A stretch of 33,417 nucleotides of DNA from a virus (Duplodnaviria; Heunggongvirae; Uroviricota; Caudoviricetes). The position numbers were made by a program, and so were the translations under genes. This document shows, piece by piece, positions 24,999-33,417 of the stretch (its first letter is position 1; each line of letters begins with the position of its first letter). The stretch spans positions 1-33,417 of the IMG/VR virus record IMGVR_UViG_3300017992_000017; one strand, 5' to 3'. The notes beneath the pieces are model-generated. The model made no database searches and had not been told where the DNA came from. It worked only from the letters and a program-made list of their open reading frames with translations.

Positions 24999-26456
24999 GT
25001 GCATTTCATCGCTGGGGATCAATGGACCTGGATACACGGTTACGTACCTGGTGTGCTGGATGATGCGGTCAGCTGGAAGCCACACAACTTCTGGTTTGCT
25101 ACCGCCTACAAGAAAGGAAAGTGGGACGGACGCAAGCGACTGACGGAATATGACAGACGATCCTGTCTTTATAAATTCCCCTCCGGTCTCCTCCCCGACG
25201 TCCTCCAACTGCTGGACGACAGGAATCGGATCTACACGCTGGAGGACAAACGGACGACGGAGGTGACGACACCCCAGTACGACCTCCTCCCCGATATCCA
25301 CCTCGACCAGGGTAAGTACGCGTACCAGTCTTGTGCACTGGACGCGGCACTCTCAGCTGGCCGGGGGATCTTAAAATTACCAACCGGAGCTGGCAAAAGT
25401 GAGATTGGTGCCGCCATCTTCAAGTCGCTCAATCTCCCGGGGATCTGGCTGACGCACCGAACGAACCTCCTCTACCAGACTCGCGCACGACTTTCCGAAC
25501 GGTTGGGTCTTTACGTGGGGATTCTCGGGGACGGACAGTACGACTACCAGCCAATCACCGTGGCTATGGTCCAGACGCTCGACCGTAGAGTCCACGACAG
25601 TTTCCTCAAGACCCGTAAGGCGGTAATCGCGGACGAGTGCCATCACCTACCGGCCGATCAGTGGGTCGACAACATGGCGGCTATCCCTGCGCCGTATCGG
25701 TTCGGTCTTTCGGCAACCCCCCAGGAGTCCGGAGAGGGGATCTATCTGAAGGCGTGGACCGGTCCCGTGCTATATGAGATCTCCGTGACGGACCTGATCG
25801 ACCGTGACGTGCTGGTCAAGCCACGGATCTGGTTTGCTACGGTCGACAAACCCAAGATCCCTGCGTCGTCCGCGTGGGGAACCGTCTACAAAGAAGGGGT
25901 CACCAACAACCCGACTCGGCATGCTCTTATCCGGTCGATCCTCTGGCAGTTTCGTCGCGAAGAACGTCCAGCGATCTGTCTCGTGGCTCGTGTTGGTCAT
26001 GGAAGAACCCTTACGAAATACCTGGAGCGAGCAGGACTCCCCACGAAGTTTATCGAAGGCAAGGTTCCTCAGGCAGAACGGGAGGAGATCTTCGAGGATC
26101 TTCGTACTGGGGAGCTGGCTTGCGTCGTAGCCAATGCGCCGTGTGTTGGGGAAGGTACGGATCTTCCCTGGCTGTCAGCGATCGTCAATGCAACCGGTCT
26201 TCGGGGTGCCGGAAACCGGACGGATGGGGACGTGGGTCGTGACGTGATTCAGTTTCTGGGTCGTGGTCTGCGTTCTTCTCCCGGCAAGACGTACATGGAT
26301 TACGTGGACTTCTCCGATACGACACACAAGTACCTGGCCAAGGCGAGCGCCGAGCGGGTCAAGACGTTGGAGCGACAGGGGTACGCAGCGTACATCAAGT
26401 ACTGGAGTGACTATGCCGAGTTTGCGGGAGATGATTTGCGGTCCCATGTCGCGTGA
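24999..26456 (+). CDS. Superfamily 2 DNA helicase (UvsW/XPB-like)
   Basis: LPTGAGKS (I), DECHH (II), LSATP (III), GEGTDLP (V), QFLGRGLR (VI). Confidence 0.93.
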   Translation: MHFIAGDQWTWIHGYVPGVLDDAVSWKPHNFWFATAYKKGKWDGRKRLTEYDRRSCLYKFPSGLLPDVLQLLDDRNRIYTLEDKRTTEVTTPQYDLLPDIHLDQGKYAYQSCALDAALSAGRGILKLPTGAGKSEIGAAIFKSLNLPGIWLTHRTNLLYQTRARLSERLGLYVGILGDGQYDYQPITVAMVQTLDRRVHDSFLKTRKAVIADECHHLPADQWVDNMAAIPAPYRFGLSATPQESGEGIYLKAWTGPVLYEISVTDLIDRDVLVKPRIWFATVDKPKIPASSAWGTVYKEGVTNNPTRHALIRSILWQFRREERPAICLVARVGHGRTLTKYLERAGLPTKFIEGKVPQAEREEIFEDLRTGELACVVANAPCVGEGTDLPWLSAIVNATGLRGAGNRTDGDVGRDVIQFLGRGLRSSPGKTYMDYVDFSDTTHKYLAKASAERVKTLERQGYAAYIKYWSDYAEFAGDDLRSHVA

Positions 26457-26688
26457 GGAGCTCGAGATGCAGTTTGCTGAGCTCGCGGCACAGCATATTG
26501 CGTTGGTTCAGCTCCTCGTGGGGTGTGGCGCCTTCACGGCCACCGAGTATTCGCATGCGTGTATTGCGGCGCTGGGTGAGGTGGATCAGAGGTGCGCTGC
26601 GGAAAAGGTGGAGAGCATCCAGAGACTACGCGAGATGCTGGCCGAGGATCCCGAGCTGTCCTCCGTGTTGCGAGACCCGACTGCATGA
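26446..26688 (+). CDS. Hypothetical protein (80 aa)
   Basis: ATG 26446 overlapping the helicase end; helical; coupled to the next gene by ATGA. Confidence 0.55.
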   Translation: MSREELEMQFAELAAQHIALVQLLVGCGAFTATEYSHACIAALGEVDQRCAAEKVESIQRLREMLAEDPELSSVLRDPTA

Positions 26689-26861
26689 TGTGTCCTTACT
26701 GTGAAGATTCGGGAGTGGACCTGACGACGGCTCAACCTTGTAAGCACTGTCTTATGGGTCTGCAACTAGAGAGCATGCTTGGGGGTGTGTTGCTGTTGTT
26801 CACCGTCCCCACCCCCCGTCTTTTGGCATACGAAGCGGCGATGAATCCTTCGGTGAATTGA
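26685..26861 (+). CDS. Small zinc-finger protein (CPYC...CKHC)
   Basis: ATGA overlap upstream and TGATG overlap downstream; two CxxC pairs. Confidence 0.55.
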   Translation: MMCPYCEDSGVDLTTAQPCKHCLMGLQLESMLGGVLLLFTVPTPRLLAYEAAMNPSVN

Positions 26862-27355
26862 TGTCCGACCCGTTTACCAATTTCTCGGATGCAGACCGTC
26901 GCACGTTGGTGTTGGCCAGCGAGTATGAGCGTCTTCGGAGAAAGTGCGTCAACGGGTACTCCGGGTATCACGTGTTCGGGTGTGGGTTCGAGGAGCTGAC
27001 TACGGATGTGTGTAAGAACCCCAACTTCAAAGCACTCACGACCGTGCGCAAGTGGCTGGAGAAGGAGGGACTCACGGTTTCGTTGGACGAGATTCCGTGG
27101 AGAGCGTACCTCAAGTATCTCTTTTCTACGATCGAACCAAACGCACCCCAACCAGGACAGCTCAAGAACAAGATTGTCCTGCGCGAGTATCTAGCGGGTG
27201 GCTCGGAGACAGGGGAGCTTATCGAACCTGCACGTACGGGACAGGAGCTCGAGCGAATCTACAAGAAAGTGCTGCCGTCCTGGATCTCGGATAACCACGG
27301 GATGATGCGTGCGTTGGGACTCACGGACCTGGATCGATTGGATAACGACAAGTAA
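26861..27355 (+). CDS. Hypothetical replication-module protein (possible helicase loader/initiator)
   Basis: Coupled immediately upstream of the DnaB-like gene; function inferred from position only. Confidence 0.55.
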   Translation: MSDPFTNFSDADRRTLVLASEYERLRRKCVNGYSGYHVFGCGFEELTTDVCKNPNFKALTTVRKWLEKEGLTVSLDEIPWRAYLKYLFSTIEPNAPQPGQLKNKIVLREYLAGGSETGELIEPARTGQELERIYKKVLPSWISDNHGMMRALGLTDLDRLDNDK

Positions 27356-28653
27356 TGCAACCTTTGTCTCACCTTTACGACCGTCATTTCCAGGCTGCTT
27401 TCGTGGCGTCCATGCTGCGTGACGGGGAGTTTTTGCAGAGCGTGGCGGCTGACGTACGGCCGGAGACATTCACGGACGAGGGGTTGCAGCGTGCCGTACG
27501 GTTGATCCAGCAGTTCTACCAGGAGCATAACGGAGCGCCGGATACCCTAGTCTTCAACGAGATGGCCAAGCTGGAGCAGGCCGGGACGTTACCTAAGGAG
27601 ATCCATAACACGCTGAAGCTGACGTTGGATAGTCTCTTTGCCGTCGAGCTGAACAACCGTCGCTACCTGCTGGACGAGTTTGCAAGGTTCCTGCGTCACC
27701 GGAAGGTCGCGGATACGTTACCTAAGTTTGTGGCGCAGGTGGAGGCGGGAGATTTCGAGACGGCCGAGGACTTGATGCGAGAGGTGTTTGCCTTCCGGCC
27801 GTCTCGTGAAACAGATCTCGGGAAGGAATACACCGAGGACGCCACCGAGAGAACCCTACGACGCCAGCGATCCGAAGACGACGCGTTCTGGTCGTTGATC
27901 CCGGAGCTCGACCAAGTCATCCCGGGTATCCGAAGAGGCCAGCTCGCGGTGTTGCAGTCCCAGAAGTCGTCGTTCGGGAAGACGGCCGCGATGGCTCTTC
28001 TGACACGGAGCTATCTGGTGCAGGGATACAAGGTGCTGATCTTCTCGTTGGAGGAGACGTTGCAGCAGTACGAGGACCGGCTCGATCAGGCCATCATGGG
28101 ATTACGTCTGGACGAGCTGGTTTACAAGGGTGGGGAGATCCAGGAGCGTCTCGGTGCTCTTCGGCAGCATGGGGGTGGTGTGTGGTTGAAGGAGCTGCCG
28201 GGACGTACGACGAAGATCTCGGACCTACGGCAGATCACCCGGATGATCGAGAACGTCCACGGGTTTCGTCCGGACGCTGTGATGATCGACTACTGCGACG
28301 TGATGGCTCCCGAGACGTCTGCTCTGCGTAGCGACTCTTATGCGACGGGTAAGGAGATCTACCAGGCGTTTCACGATTGGGTGCAGGAGGATCGTCTCGT
28401 TGGTTGGACGGCCATGCAGTCGAGTCGGGGAGCACACCAAGCCACCTATGCCGAGCAGGAGCACTCGTCCGGATCGATCGCCAAGGTTCAGATCGCGGAC
28501 GTGGTGATTTCGATCAACCGGACTGCGGAGGAACGGGAGGCTGGGATCACTCGGTTGTGGGTGGTGAAGGGACGGGAGTCGGCAGCACAGGTCGAGGTAC
28601 GGATCAACACGGACTTTTCACGCGGTCTCTTTTGGGTGCCAGGAAATGAGTGA
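27355..28653 (+). CDS. Replicative DNA helicase, DnaB/T4 gp41-like (SF4)
   Basis: GQLAVLQSQKSSFGKT (H1), IFSLEE (H1a), VMIDYCD (H2), WTAMQSSR (H3), RLWVVKGR (H4). Confidence 0.9.
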   Translation: MQPLSHLYDRHFQAAFVASMLRDGEFLQSVAADVRPETFTDEGLQRAVRLIQQFYQEHNGAPDTLVFNEMAKLEQAGTLPKEIHNTLKLTLDSLFAVELNNRRYLLDEFARFLRHRKVADTLPKFVAQVEAGDFETAEDLMREVFAFRPSRETDLGKEYTEDATERTLRRQRSEDDAFWSLIPELDQVIPGIRRGQLAVLQSQKSSFGKTAAMALLTRSYLVQGYKVLIFSLEETLQQYEDRLDQAIMGLRLDELVYKGGEIQERLGALRQHGGGVWLKELPGRTTKISDLRQITRMIENVHGFRPDAVMIDYCDVMAPETSALRSDSYATGKEIYQAFHDWVQEDRLVGWTAMQSSRGAHQATYAEQEHSSGSIAKVQIADVVISINRTAEEREAGITRLWVVKGRESAAQVEVRINTDFSRGLFWVPGNE

Positions 28654-28882
28654 GAACGATCTGGAGTTGGTGGAGACGCAGGATCTGGTCCGTGAGCTAT
28701 TACATCGTTGTGAGCACGGGGTGGTCGGTCTGTTGTTTACGTCTCGACAAAACCAACTTGATTACATGTATCGCTGGACGGGGGGAATCTACGAGTCCAT
28801 AGGACTTGCTCATGATTTGGGTTCTTTTCTGTCGGGGGAGCTACGGCAGCGAACGGGCCCGTGGGATCCCCGAGGTACCTGA
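28646..28882 (+). CDS. Hypothetical protein (78 aa)
   Basis: Overlaps the helicase end; TGATG-coupled to the primase. Confidence 0.55.
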   Translation: MSENDLELVETQDLVRELLHRCEHGVVGLLFTSRQNQLDYMYRWTGGIYESIGLAHDLGSFLSGELRQRTGPWDPRGT

Positions 28883-29841
28883 TGCACGACCTGAAACAAG
28901 CAATCGCCGACTTCCCGATCGCACGGTGGCTCTCCGAGGTTGCCGGTGTGCCAGACACGGGTGGGAAGTACCTCTACGCCGACTGTCCTGTGTGTGGTGG
29001 GAAGGGAAAGCTGCTCGTACGGCGACAGAAGAAATCGTGTCTGTGCTTTCGTTGTGCTGATGCTGGCCACGGGAGAGACGTGTGGGGGGGACAAGGTGGG
29101 TTGCTGGACTTGATCCAGCTGTTGGAGAGCTGCACGAGGTACGAGGCGGCTCAGCGTGTCTTGGCTATGGCGGGGTGGCCTGAGGGAAGCGAGATCACCC
29201 CGACGTCCGATCGCTACGTGGACTGGCCAGAGGAGGCTATCCCGATCACCCTGGCTCGACCGGATCACCCTTCACGCATCCAGCTGAAGAACAGGGTCCT
29301 GGAGCACATGGAGGACCGGGTCTGGATCGCCGTGGACGGGGAGTATGCCGATCGTTGGATCCTACCGGTGTGGAGCAACGGCGAGCGTATGGGGTGGGAG
29401 GCCAAGAGCTATGCGAACGGTACTCCTAAGTCGCTCTTCCCCAAAGACTGGGACAAAGCATCCCACATCTACCAGACGCCAACTTGGGATCCAACACAGA
29501 ACTGGGTAGTGATCACCGAATCGATCTTTGACGCGGAGACGTTTGGCCACAACACGATCGGGATCTTCGGGTCGAGTCTAGGTCCGGGTCAGTTGGGGCG
29601 ACTCTTGGATCTTCGCGACAACGGGGTATCACAGCTCGTCTGGTGTCTGGATCAGGATGCCACCAAGAAAGCGGCCAGGATGATGCTTTCTAGGACGAGT
29701 CATTTTTTTGACAACTACTTCTGTCAATTACCGGTCGGCGAGGATCCCAACTCTCTTGGACGGTCACGGTGCTGGGAGGCCGTCAAGCGAGCCACCTACG
29801 TTTCCAGCGAGTTCGATTTCTTTCAGAAAAGTATAGTTTGA
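28882..29841 (+). CDS. DNA primase (zinc-binding domain plus TOPRIM)
   Basis: DCPVC...CFRC zinc domain; VITESIFDA, CLDQDA (DxD) and GEDPN TOPRIM motifs. Confidence 0.9.
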   Translation: MHDLKQAIADFPIARWLSEVAGVPDTGGKYLYADCPVCGGKGKLLVRRQKKSCLCFRCADAGHGRDVWGGQGGLLDLIQLLESCTRYEAAQRVLAMAGWPEGSEITPTSDRYVDWPEEAIPITLARPDHPSRIQLKNRVLEHMEDRVWIAVDGEYADRWILPVWSNGERMGWEAKSYANGTPKSLFPKDWDKASHIYQTPTWDPTQNWVVITESIFDAETFGHNTIGIFGSSLGPGQLGRLLDLRDNGVSQLVWCLDQDATKKAARMMLSRTSHFFDNYFCQLPVGEDPNSLGRSRCWEAVKRATYVSSEFDFFQKSIV

Positions 29842-29852
29842 GCGGTTGCCTT

Positions 29853-29882
29853 CCGAAACTATACCTTGTAGAATAGTTTCGG
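29853..29882. promoter_or_regulatory. Perfect 10-bp inverted repeat (ccgaaactat-N10-atagtttcgg), candidate operator
   Basis: Arms at 29853-29862 and 29873-29882 in the intergenic gap before the exonuclease gene; no U-tract. Confidence 0.55.
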
Positions 29883-29896
29883 TGAAAGGATTAGCG

Positions 29897-30796
29897 ATGC
29901 AGCTTTTGGTTGACGGACATCACTTGGCGTTTCGGCTCCGGTATTCTCGTGTCTGGGACCTCGCCACGAATGATGGACGGAGGAGCGGGGTGATCTACGG
30001 ATTCCTCCGATCCCTTGCCTACGCACGTCATGTGGCTGGCGCGACCGAGAGGGAAACGACCATCGTGCTGGACGGAGGTAGGAGCAAGAACCGGTTGGAG
30101 CTCTGTCCTGAGTACAAGTCCGGACGACGCAAGAAGGATCAGACCCCCGAGGACAAGGCGGATACGGAGGCGTTCTTCGCTCAGGTGGAGGAGTTGAAGC
30201 GAGCGTTACCATTGCTCGGGATACGGGTGGTGTGCGTGCCGGGTGTGGAGGCCGACGATCTCATTTCGATCTTTGCTCACTTCTACGGAAACCTCAAGAA
30301 GCGGGTTCTCATTTTTTCAGGTGACAAGGATTTTCATTCGATCGTTTCGGACTACATCTCCCTCTTTGTTCCAGATAACAGTGACCGCGAAGTCCAAGGA
30401 CCGGAGGAGATCCATGCGAAGTGGAACCTGTCCTCCGGTGAAGAGATCCTGCTGGCACGTGCGATCGAGGGGGATGCGTCCGATGCGATCCCGGGTGTAC
30501 CTAAGCTCGGAAAGAAGCGGGCGCAGAACATCGTGGCATGGCTGTCCTCCGGTGAGAAAGAGCCTCCTAGGGGACTGAAGAAGTGGGTCGACGTCTACCG
30601 GGAGAACACGGTGACCGTTGCCAGAAACCTCCAAATGATGCGTCTGCCTACTCGTTTCCAGAACAGTTTTCTCACGATTGAACAGGCAGAACAAGCGATT
30701 GAGCAGTTCCGTGTGGTGCCTGCTCGAGATCCGATGGCGTTTGCGGAGTTTTGTCGCGACTGGCAGATTCACCAGGAAGAGGGGGTGGGAGTATGA
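29897..30796 (+). CDS. 5'-3' exonuclease / flap endonuclease (T4 RNase H, PolA N-terminal-like)
   Basis: AAAGGA RBS; LLVDGHHLAFR, PEYKSGR, GVEADDLI, SGDKDF and GDASDAIPGVPKLGKKRA. Confidence 0.93.
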   Translation: MQLLVDGHHLAFRLRYSRVWDLATNDGRRSGVIYGFLRSLAYARHVAGATERETTIVLDGGRSKNRLELCPEYKSGRRKKDQTPEDKADTEAFFAQVEELKRALPLLGIRVVCVPGVEADDLISIFAHFYGNLKKRVLIFSGDKDFHSIVSDYISLFVPDNSDREVQGPEEIHAKWNLSSGEEILLARAIEGDASDAIPGVPKLGKKRAQNIVAWLSSGEKEPPRGLKKWVDVYRENTVTVARNLQMMRLPTRFQNSFLTIEQAEQAIEQFRVVPARDPMAFAEFCRDWQIHQEEGVGV

Positions 30797-31323
30797 AGAA
30801 CGCTGAGGAAGTGTCTACGGTGTTGCAGGGAGGCTACTGGGGAATTGAGTATCCATTCGTGCAGTTGCTCCACAGTTATCTCGGGTCGTGGGAGGAGGCG
30901 CAAGACCAGGTGCGTACGTTTGCTTGGGAGGCGACCCGGAAGTTTGATCCGTCGCTGGGTTTTCAGTTCTCCACATTTCTGCGCGGACATCTACGTCTTG
31001 CGAGCTTGGCAGAGATTAAGCGGGTGTTGCGGTGGAGGAGGGGGCGGGAATTGCATCAGGACCCCGCGGACCTCGTGTCTGATCGTCGTGTCCTGGATCC
31101 CTGTGAGTGGGAAGAGTTCGTGAGTGCGTTGTCGGAGAGAACACGGAAGATCCTGGAGCGGCTTATCGGGTCGGCACGTAGCGTTGGGTTGGACACGGAA
31201 TCGGTGCTTTGGGAGGAGACCGTGGAGATGCTTGGCGAGGAGGTTTCCAGCCAAGACCTGTCGGACGGGTTAGTGGAGATTCGGTCCAAGGCACCTCAAT
31301 ATCTGGAGATGGTCGATGCTTGA
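30793..31323 (+). CDS. Phage sigma70-family-like factor
   Basis: Region 2-like WEEAQDQV...WEATRKFDPSLGFQFSTFL; LSERTRKIL at the start of a region 4-like part. Confidence 0.72.
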   Translation: MKNAEEVSTVLQGGYWGIEYPFVQLLHSYLGSWEEAQDQVRTFAWEATRKFDPSLGFQFSTFLRGHLRLASLAEIKRVLRWRRGRELHQDPADLVSDRRVLDPCEWEEFVSALSERTRKILERLIGSARSVGLDTESVLWEETVEMLGEEVSSQDLSDGLVEIRSKAPQYLEMVDA

Positions 31324-31681
31324 GCAGTGTTCTACGTGTAAGGCGTGGGTGATGGCGGATTGTCAGTTTGGGTACTGTTGTCGTCGTGCGCCTACTGAGA
31401 ATACGAACGGGTGTGAGAAGCCTTGGACGCGGACGCAGCAAGACTGGTGGTGCCACGAATATGTCCCACCCGAACCGTCCCGGGAGGTGCTGGAGACGGA
31501 TCTTCCTATGCTCCAGTTGACTCCAGCAACCCGTCTCCTCTGCCAGAAACTTCACCTGCATACGGTGGAGGAGATCACACTCGTGGGTCGTCTCGCGTTT
31601 TCGGTGACCGGGGATCGAAATGCAGCTGCGGCGATCCAGGAGCTGTCTCGTGTTCTTGAAAAACTGGGGGTGAAGTGGTGA
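31316..31681 (+). CDS. Cys-rich zinc-binding domain fused to a degenerate RNA polymerase alpha-CTD-like domain
   Basis: CSTC...GYCCRRAP...WWCHEY, then LQLTPA...LHTVEEI...IQELSRVLEKLGV, which aligns by eye with alpha-CTD LELTVR...IHYIGDL...LTEIKDVLASRGL. Confidence 0.6.
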   Translation: MLEQCSTCKAWVMADCQFGYCCRRAPTENTNGCEKPWTRTQQDWWCHEYVPPEPSREVLETDLPMLQLTPATRLLCQKLHLHTVEEITLVGRLAFSVTGDRNAAAAIQELSRVLEKLGVKW

Positions 31682-31704
31682 GACCGACCGTTTGTGGAGG
31701 ACGC

Positions 31705-32184
31705 ATGAGCATAGGACCCAACGACCACCCAAAACCTGCCAACACCGGGTCGCTCCAGGTTGCTGCCTTGACGGCTCTCTACTCGGTCTGGCCAACGTGT
31801 CCCCCGGAGATCGCCAAACGGTTCGTGAAGGATCGGCTGGGGATTGAGCTGGATGGTCAAGTCCTTCTCGTGGCGTTGGAGAAACTGGGACTGGCCGTCG
31901 CGGAGGATCCAAACACTGAGTACTACCGGCTCTTTGTGGAGTGCGAGTTGCTCCAGGACGTTTGTCGGTTCGGGGTTTCGGGTAAGTCGACGGCGGCGTA
32001 CGTGGAGCATGTGGCTCATATCGCGAAACACCAGCTCAGACTCCCCAAAGACCTGGTGGCGCAGTGGGTTGGCGAGCACATGCAGCAGCTCGCCGGGAAG
32101 AAACATGAGTTGGCGGCTCTGCGGAAGCGAGCTCTTGAGTGTAAACAGAAACTACGTGAGATGGAGATGACTGAATGCTGTTAG
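31705..32184 (+). CDS. Hypothetical protein
   Basis: GGAGG at 31696-31700 before ATG 31705; helical, with a C-terminal coiled coil. Confidence 0.6.
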   Translation: MSIGPNDHPKPANTGSLQVAALTALYSVWPTCPPEIAKRFVKDRLGIELDGQVLLVALEKLGLAVAEDPNTEYYRLFVECELLQDVCRFGVSGKSTAAYVEHVAHIAKHQLRLPKDLVAQWVGEHMQQLAGKKHELAALRKRALECKQKLREMEMTECC

Positions 32185-32840
32185 TCAAGCCGGGGTTTGA
32201 GATTCTAACGGACGTCGACCCGATCGCCATACTCAAGCGGATCGAGGTGGCTGGACGTACCTGCTACAAGAGCGATGACAAGATTACGGAGGACTCGGGC
32301 AGGAAGTTCGTGGCCATGCTCGTTAAGCGGGGTCACGAGTCGGTCCTGGAGCACGAGTTGGTTACCGTGAAGTTCATCGTGGATCGTGGTGTGTCTCATG
32401 AGCTGGTCCGTCACCGGTTGTGCGCGTTTAGCCAAGAGAGCACCCGGTACTGCGACTACAAGGGTGGGGTCGCGTTTGTCATTCCCCCGTGGTGCAACAT
32501 CAGTGCGGGGGATTGGGGGACGAACCATGCAAGAACGCTGGCACAGGTATTCCAGACACCGGCAGAAGTTGAGTGGCATCAGGCAATGTATCAATCGGAG
32601 GAGCGGTACACCCATCTCCGTGATCTCGGTTGGTCTCCTCAACAAGCTCGCTCCGTTCTCCCCAACTCTCTCAAGACCGAAGTCGTCACCACAGCCAATC
32701 TCCGGCAGTGGCGACATATCCTTCGCATCCGGACGACCAACGCGTGTCACCCTCAAATGACCGAGGTGATGCGGCCGTTGCTCCTCCGGTTTCAAGAGCT
32801 GTTACCCGAGATCTTTGGCGATATTTCAAGGGAGTGGTGA
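32175..32840 (+). CDS. thyX: FAD-dependent thymidylate synthase ThyX
   Basis: GHESVLEH, RGVSHELVRHR...SQESTRY (RHRx7S signature) and ARSVLPN...TANLRQWRH. Confidence 0.96.
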   Translation: MLLVKPGFEILTDVDPIAILKRIEVAGRTCYKSDDKITEDSGRKFVAMLVKRGHESVLEHELVTVKFIVDRGVSHELVRHRLCAFSQESTRYCDYKGGVAFVIPPWCNISAGDWGTNHARTLAQVFQTPAEVEWHQAMYQSEERYTHLRDLGWSPQQARSVLPNSLKTEVVTTANLRQWRHILRIRTTNACHPQMTEVMRPLLLRFQELLPEIFGDISREW

Positions 32841-32841
32841 T

Positions 32842-33417
32842 ATGAGTTTTCGTAACTTCCTTCGTCGGTGGTGGCGATCTGGCTCACAACCGAAACCGCA
32901 ACCCGAGCCGCAACCTGTCGTAGAGATACCGCAGGCAGCTCCTCGTGCTCTACCACAATTCGGCATGAACAATCCTCATCCGTACTGGGAGGAAGCGGCC
33001 GAGTGTGGAGTGACGTTGGCGAAGAAGCTACCACACGAGTGGTCTGGGATTGAGCCGTTTCGACCTCTTGCTGGTGACCGACGTCGGTTTACCATCGACG
33101 ACTTCGGGTTGGGTGACCTCCCCAGCAAATATCAACCGTTTCTGGAGAAGCATTTCCGGACCACACTCGCCAGGCTCAAAGGACAACCGGTGGACTGGCA
33201 GCAGGATTCTCGCGGTCGGTGGCACGCGTTTTTCTGGCACGCGACCGATCGGTATGTCCGGGAGGCGCAGCAACACGGGATCGACGTGACCTTCTTGATG
33301 CACATGCGCACGCTCTGGGCATCCAATCCCCGGGGACTGGCACACGCGTTTGAGCGTCGAGATACCAAGGGAGCACACCTGTCTCCGACTCGACCTGAAG
33401 CGGATGCGGATCTGCAA
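32842..33417 (+). CDS. Hypothetical protein, 3'-truncated (MSFRNFLRRWW...QPKPQPEPQP...)
   Basis: GGGAGTGG RBS, ATG 32842; I translated 192 codons with no stop to the window end; not in the ORF track because it has no stop. Confidence 0.7.
   Translation, partial: MSFRNFLRRWWRSGSQPKPQPEPQPVVEIPQAAPRALPQFGMNNPHPYWEEAAECGVTLAKKLPHEWSGIEPFRPLAGDRRRFTIDDFGLGDLPSKYQPFLEKHFRTTLARLKGQPVDWQQDSRGRWHAFFWHATDRYVREAQQHGIDVTFLMHMRTLWASNPRGLAHAFERRDTKGAHLSPTRPEADADLQ

Larger units (their letters stand above)
1..33417 (+). mobile_element. Tailed dsDNA phage/prophage genome segment (morphogenesis plus replication modules)
   Basis: Continuous, co-oriented, often ATGA/TAATG-coupled genes in canonical head-neck-tail order followed by helicase, primase, exonuclease and ThyX genes; no host housekeeping genes. 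Confidence 0.96.

Noticed and set aside
1-33417. tRNA/tmRNA genes, attachment sites, DGR template/variable repeats
   Set aside because: No cloverleaf with a T-loop consensus, no integrase, no reverse transcriptase and no long near-identical repeat pair found by eye; a computational scan was not possible.

Overview
A 33.4-kb, all plus-strand fragment of a high-GC, long-tailed (siphovirus-like) dsDNA phage or prophage. Both ends fall inside genes. Gene order: scaffold (partial), SU10/DUF5309-type major capsid, terminator, holin-like gene, a block of probable head/neck decoration and fibre genes, head-tail adaptor, stopper, minor capsid and HK97-gp10-like genes, a ~4.1-kb inserted cassette (intein-containing GT4 / pseudo-methyltransferase / GT2 glycosyltransferase, a DUF2292-like protein and a 31-aa K/R-rich peptide), tail terminator, tail tube, frameshifted tail chaperones, an 1826-aa tape measure, tail-tip and Cys-rich proteins, and a regulatory intergenic region. 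A replication/transcription module follows: SF2 helicase, DnaB-like helicase, primase, 5'-3' exonuclease, sigma-like factor, alpha-CTD-like protein and ThyX. The standout feature is an HNH-carrying intein that splits the catalytic E-x7-E motif of the structural-module glycosyltransferase. It appears to begin with Pro, with no N-terminal nucleophile, and has Cys at block F4 but lacks the Trp and Thr of the class-3 'WCT' signature. This suggests an atypical splicing mechanism gating a putative virion-glycosylation enzyme. Family assignments come from remembered motifs, not from database searches. No tRNA, rRNA, CRISPR array, integrase, endolysin, terminase, portal or DNA polymerase was seen in the window.
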